A DNA stretch of 64,000 nt, taken from contig NC_043010.1 of assembly GCF_006345805.1 (NCBI RefSeq), positions 30,690,001 through 30,754,000 of the forward strand. Reading direction: 5' to 3'. A program made the translations under genes and the position numbers. The notes under the pieces were generated by a model. It did no database searches. It was not told where the DNA came from and was given only the letters and a program-made list of their open reading frames with translations. Positions within the stretch are counted from its first letter, which is position 1. Each line of letters begins with the position of its first letter. Below are positions 63,700-64,000 of the stretch, in pieces. This DNA is from Octopus sinensis. Its lineage: Eukaryota.

Positions 63700-64000
63700 A
63701 TGGATGGAGATGTCTTCTTCAGCATTTTGTATTGCCAATCATCTTCAGGTCAGTTGCCACTACATTCTTCCAAGTCTTCCTTGGTCTCCTTCTTCCACAG
63801 GTTTCACATTTTTATGCAGTAGTCATCTTCCATGCACAGTCCATGGAAGAACAGTCTTTTCTCTTGCACATTACAACAGATTCTTTTTATAACCAATTTT
63901 TCTTTCCGTTATTTTGTACTATGGCGTTCATACACTCTAACATTACACATCCATCAGAGCAGACTTGCTTCATTTCTTTCTTTCCTTCACAAGTCTTCTG
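63700..64000 (-). mobile_element. Degraded RTE-like LINE 3' fragment
   Basis: RRPRKTWKNVVATDL-type C-terminal motif. Confidence 0.4.

Overview
Eukaryotic, AT-rich and microsatellite-dense DNA, most likely from a cephalopod (Octopus-like), inferred from the SINE families and the KRAB-less C2H2 gene; nothing prokaryotic or CRISPR-like. Two host genes lie on the minus strand. The first is a multi-exon gene absent from the ORF track, assembled here from phase-compatible GT-AG junctions (13586-13536, 5071-5047, 3166-2912, 1741-1508, 472-<1). It encodes a signal peptide, two PAN/Apple-like domains and a Ser/Thr mucin stalk. The second is a single-coding-exon C2H2 zinc-finger gene (41518-39638) with 18 intact and about 4 decayed fingers. 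The rest is transposon-derived: Penelope-like (Naiad-type) retroelements, a Helitron with a PIF1 remnant plus many non-autonomous Helitrons, a Tx1-like LINE sitting in (GATA)n, R4/RTE/Jockey-like LINE relics, solo LTRs, hAT/piggyBac/pogo MITEs and many tRNA-derived SINEs. The most striking unannotated signal is a set of type I hammerhead-ribozyme motifs (CUGANGA...GAAA...UH), most with variant or decayed cores. They occur in Penelope tails, in a ~150-bp palindrome holding two head-to-head motifs, and in a ~350-bp partial tandem repeat resembling a non-LTR retrozyme. All calls were made by eye; no searches or folding were run.
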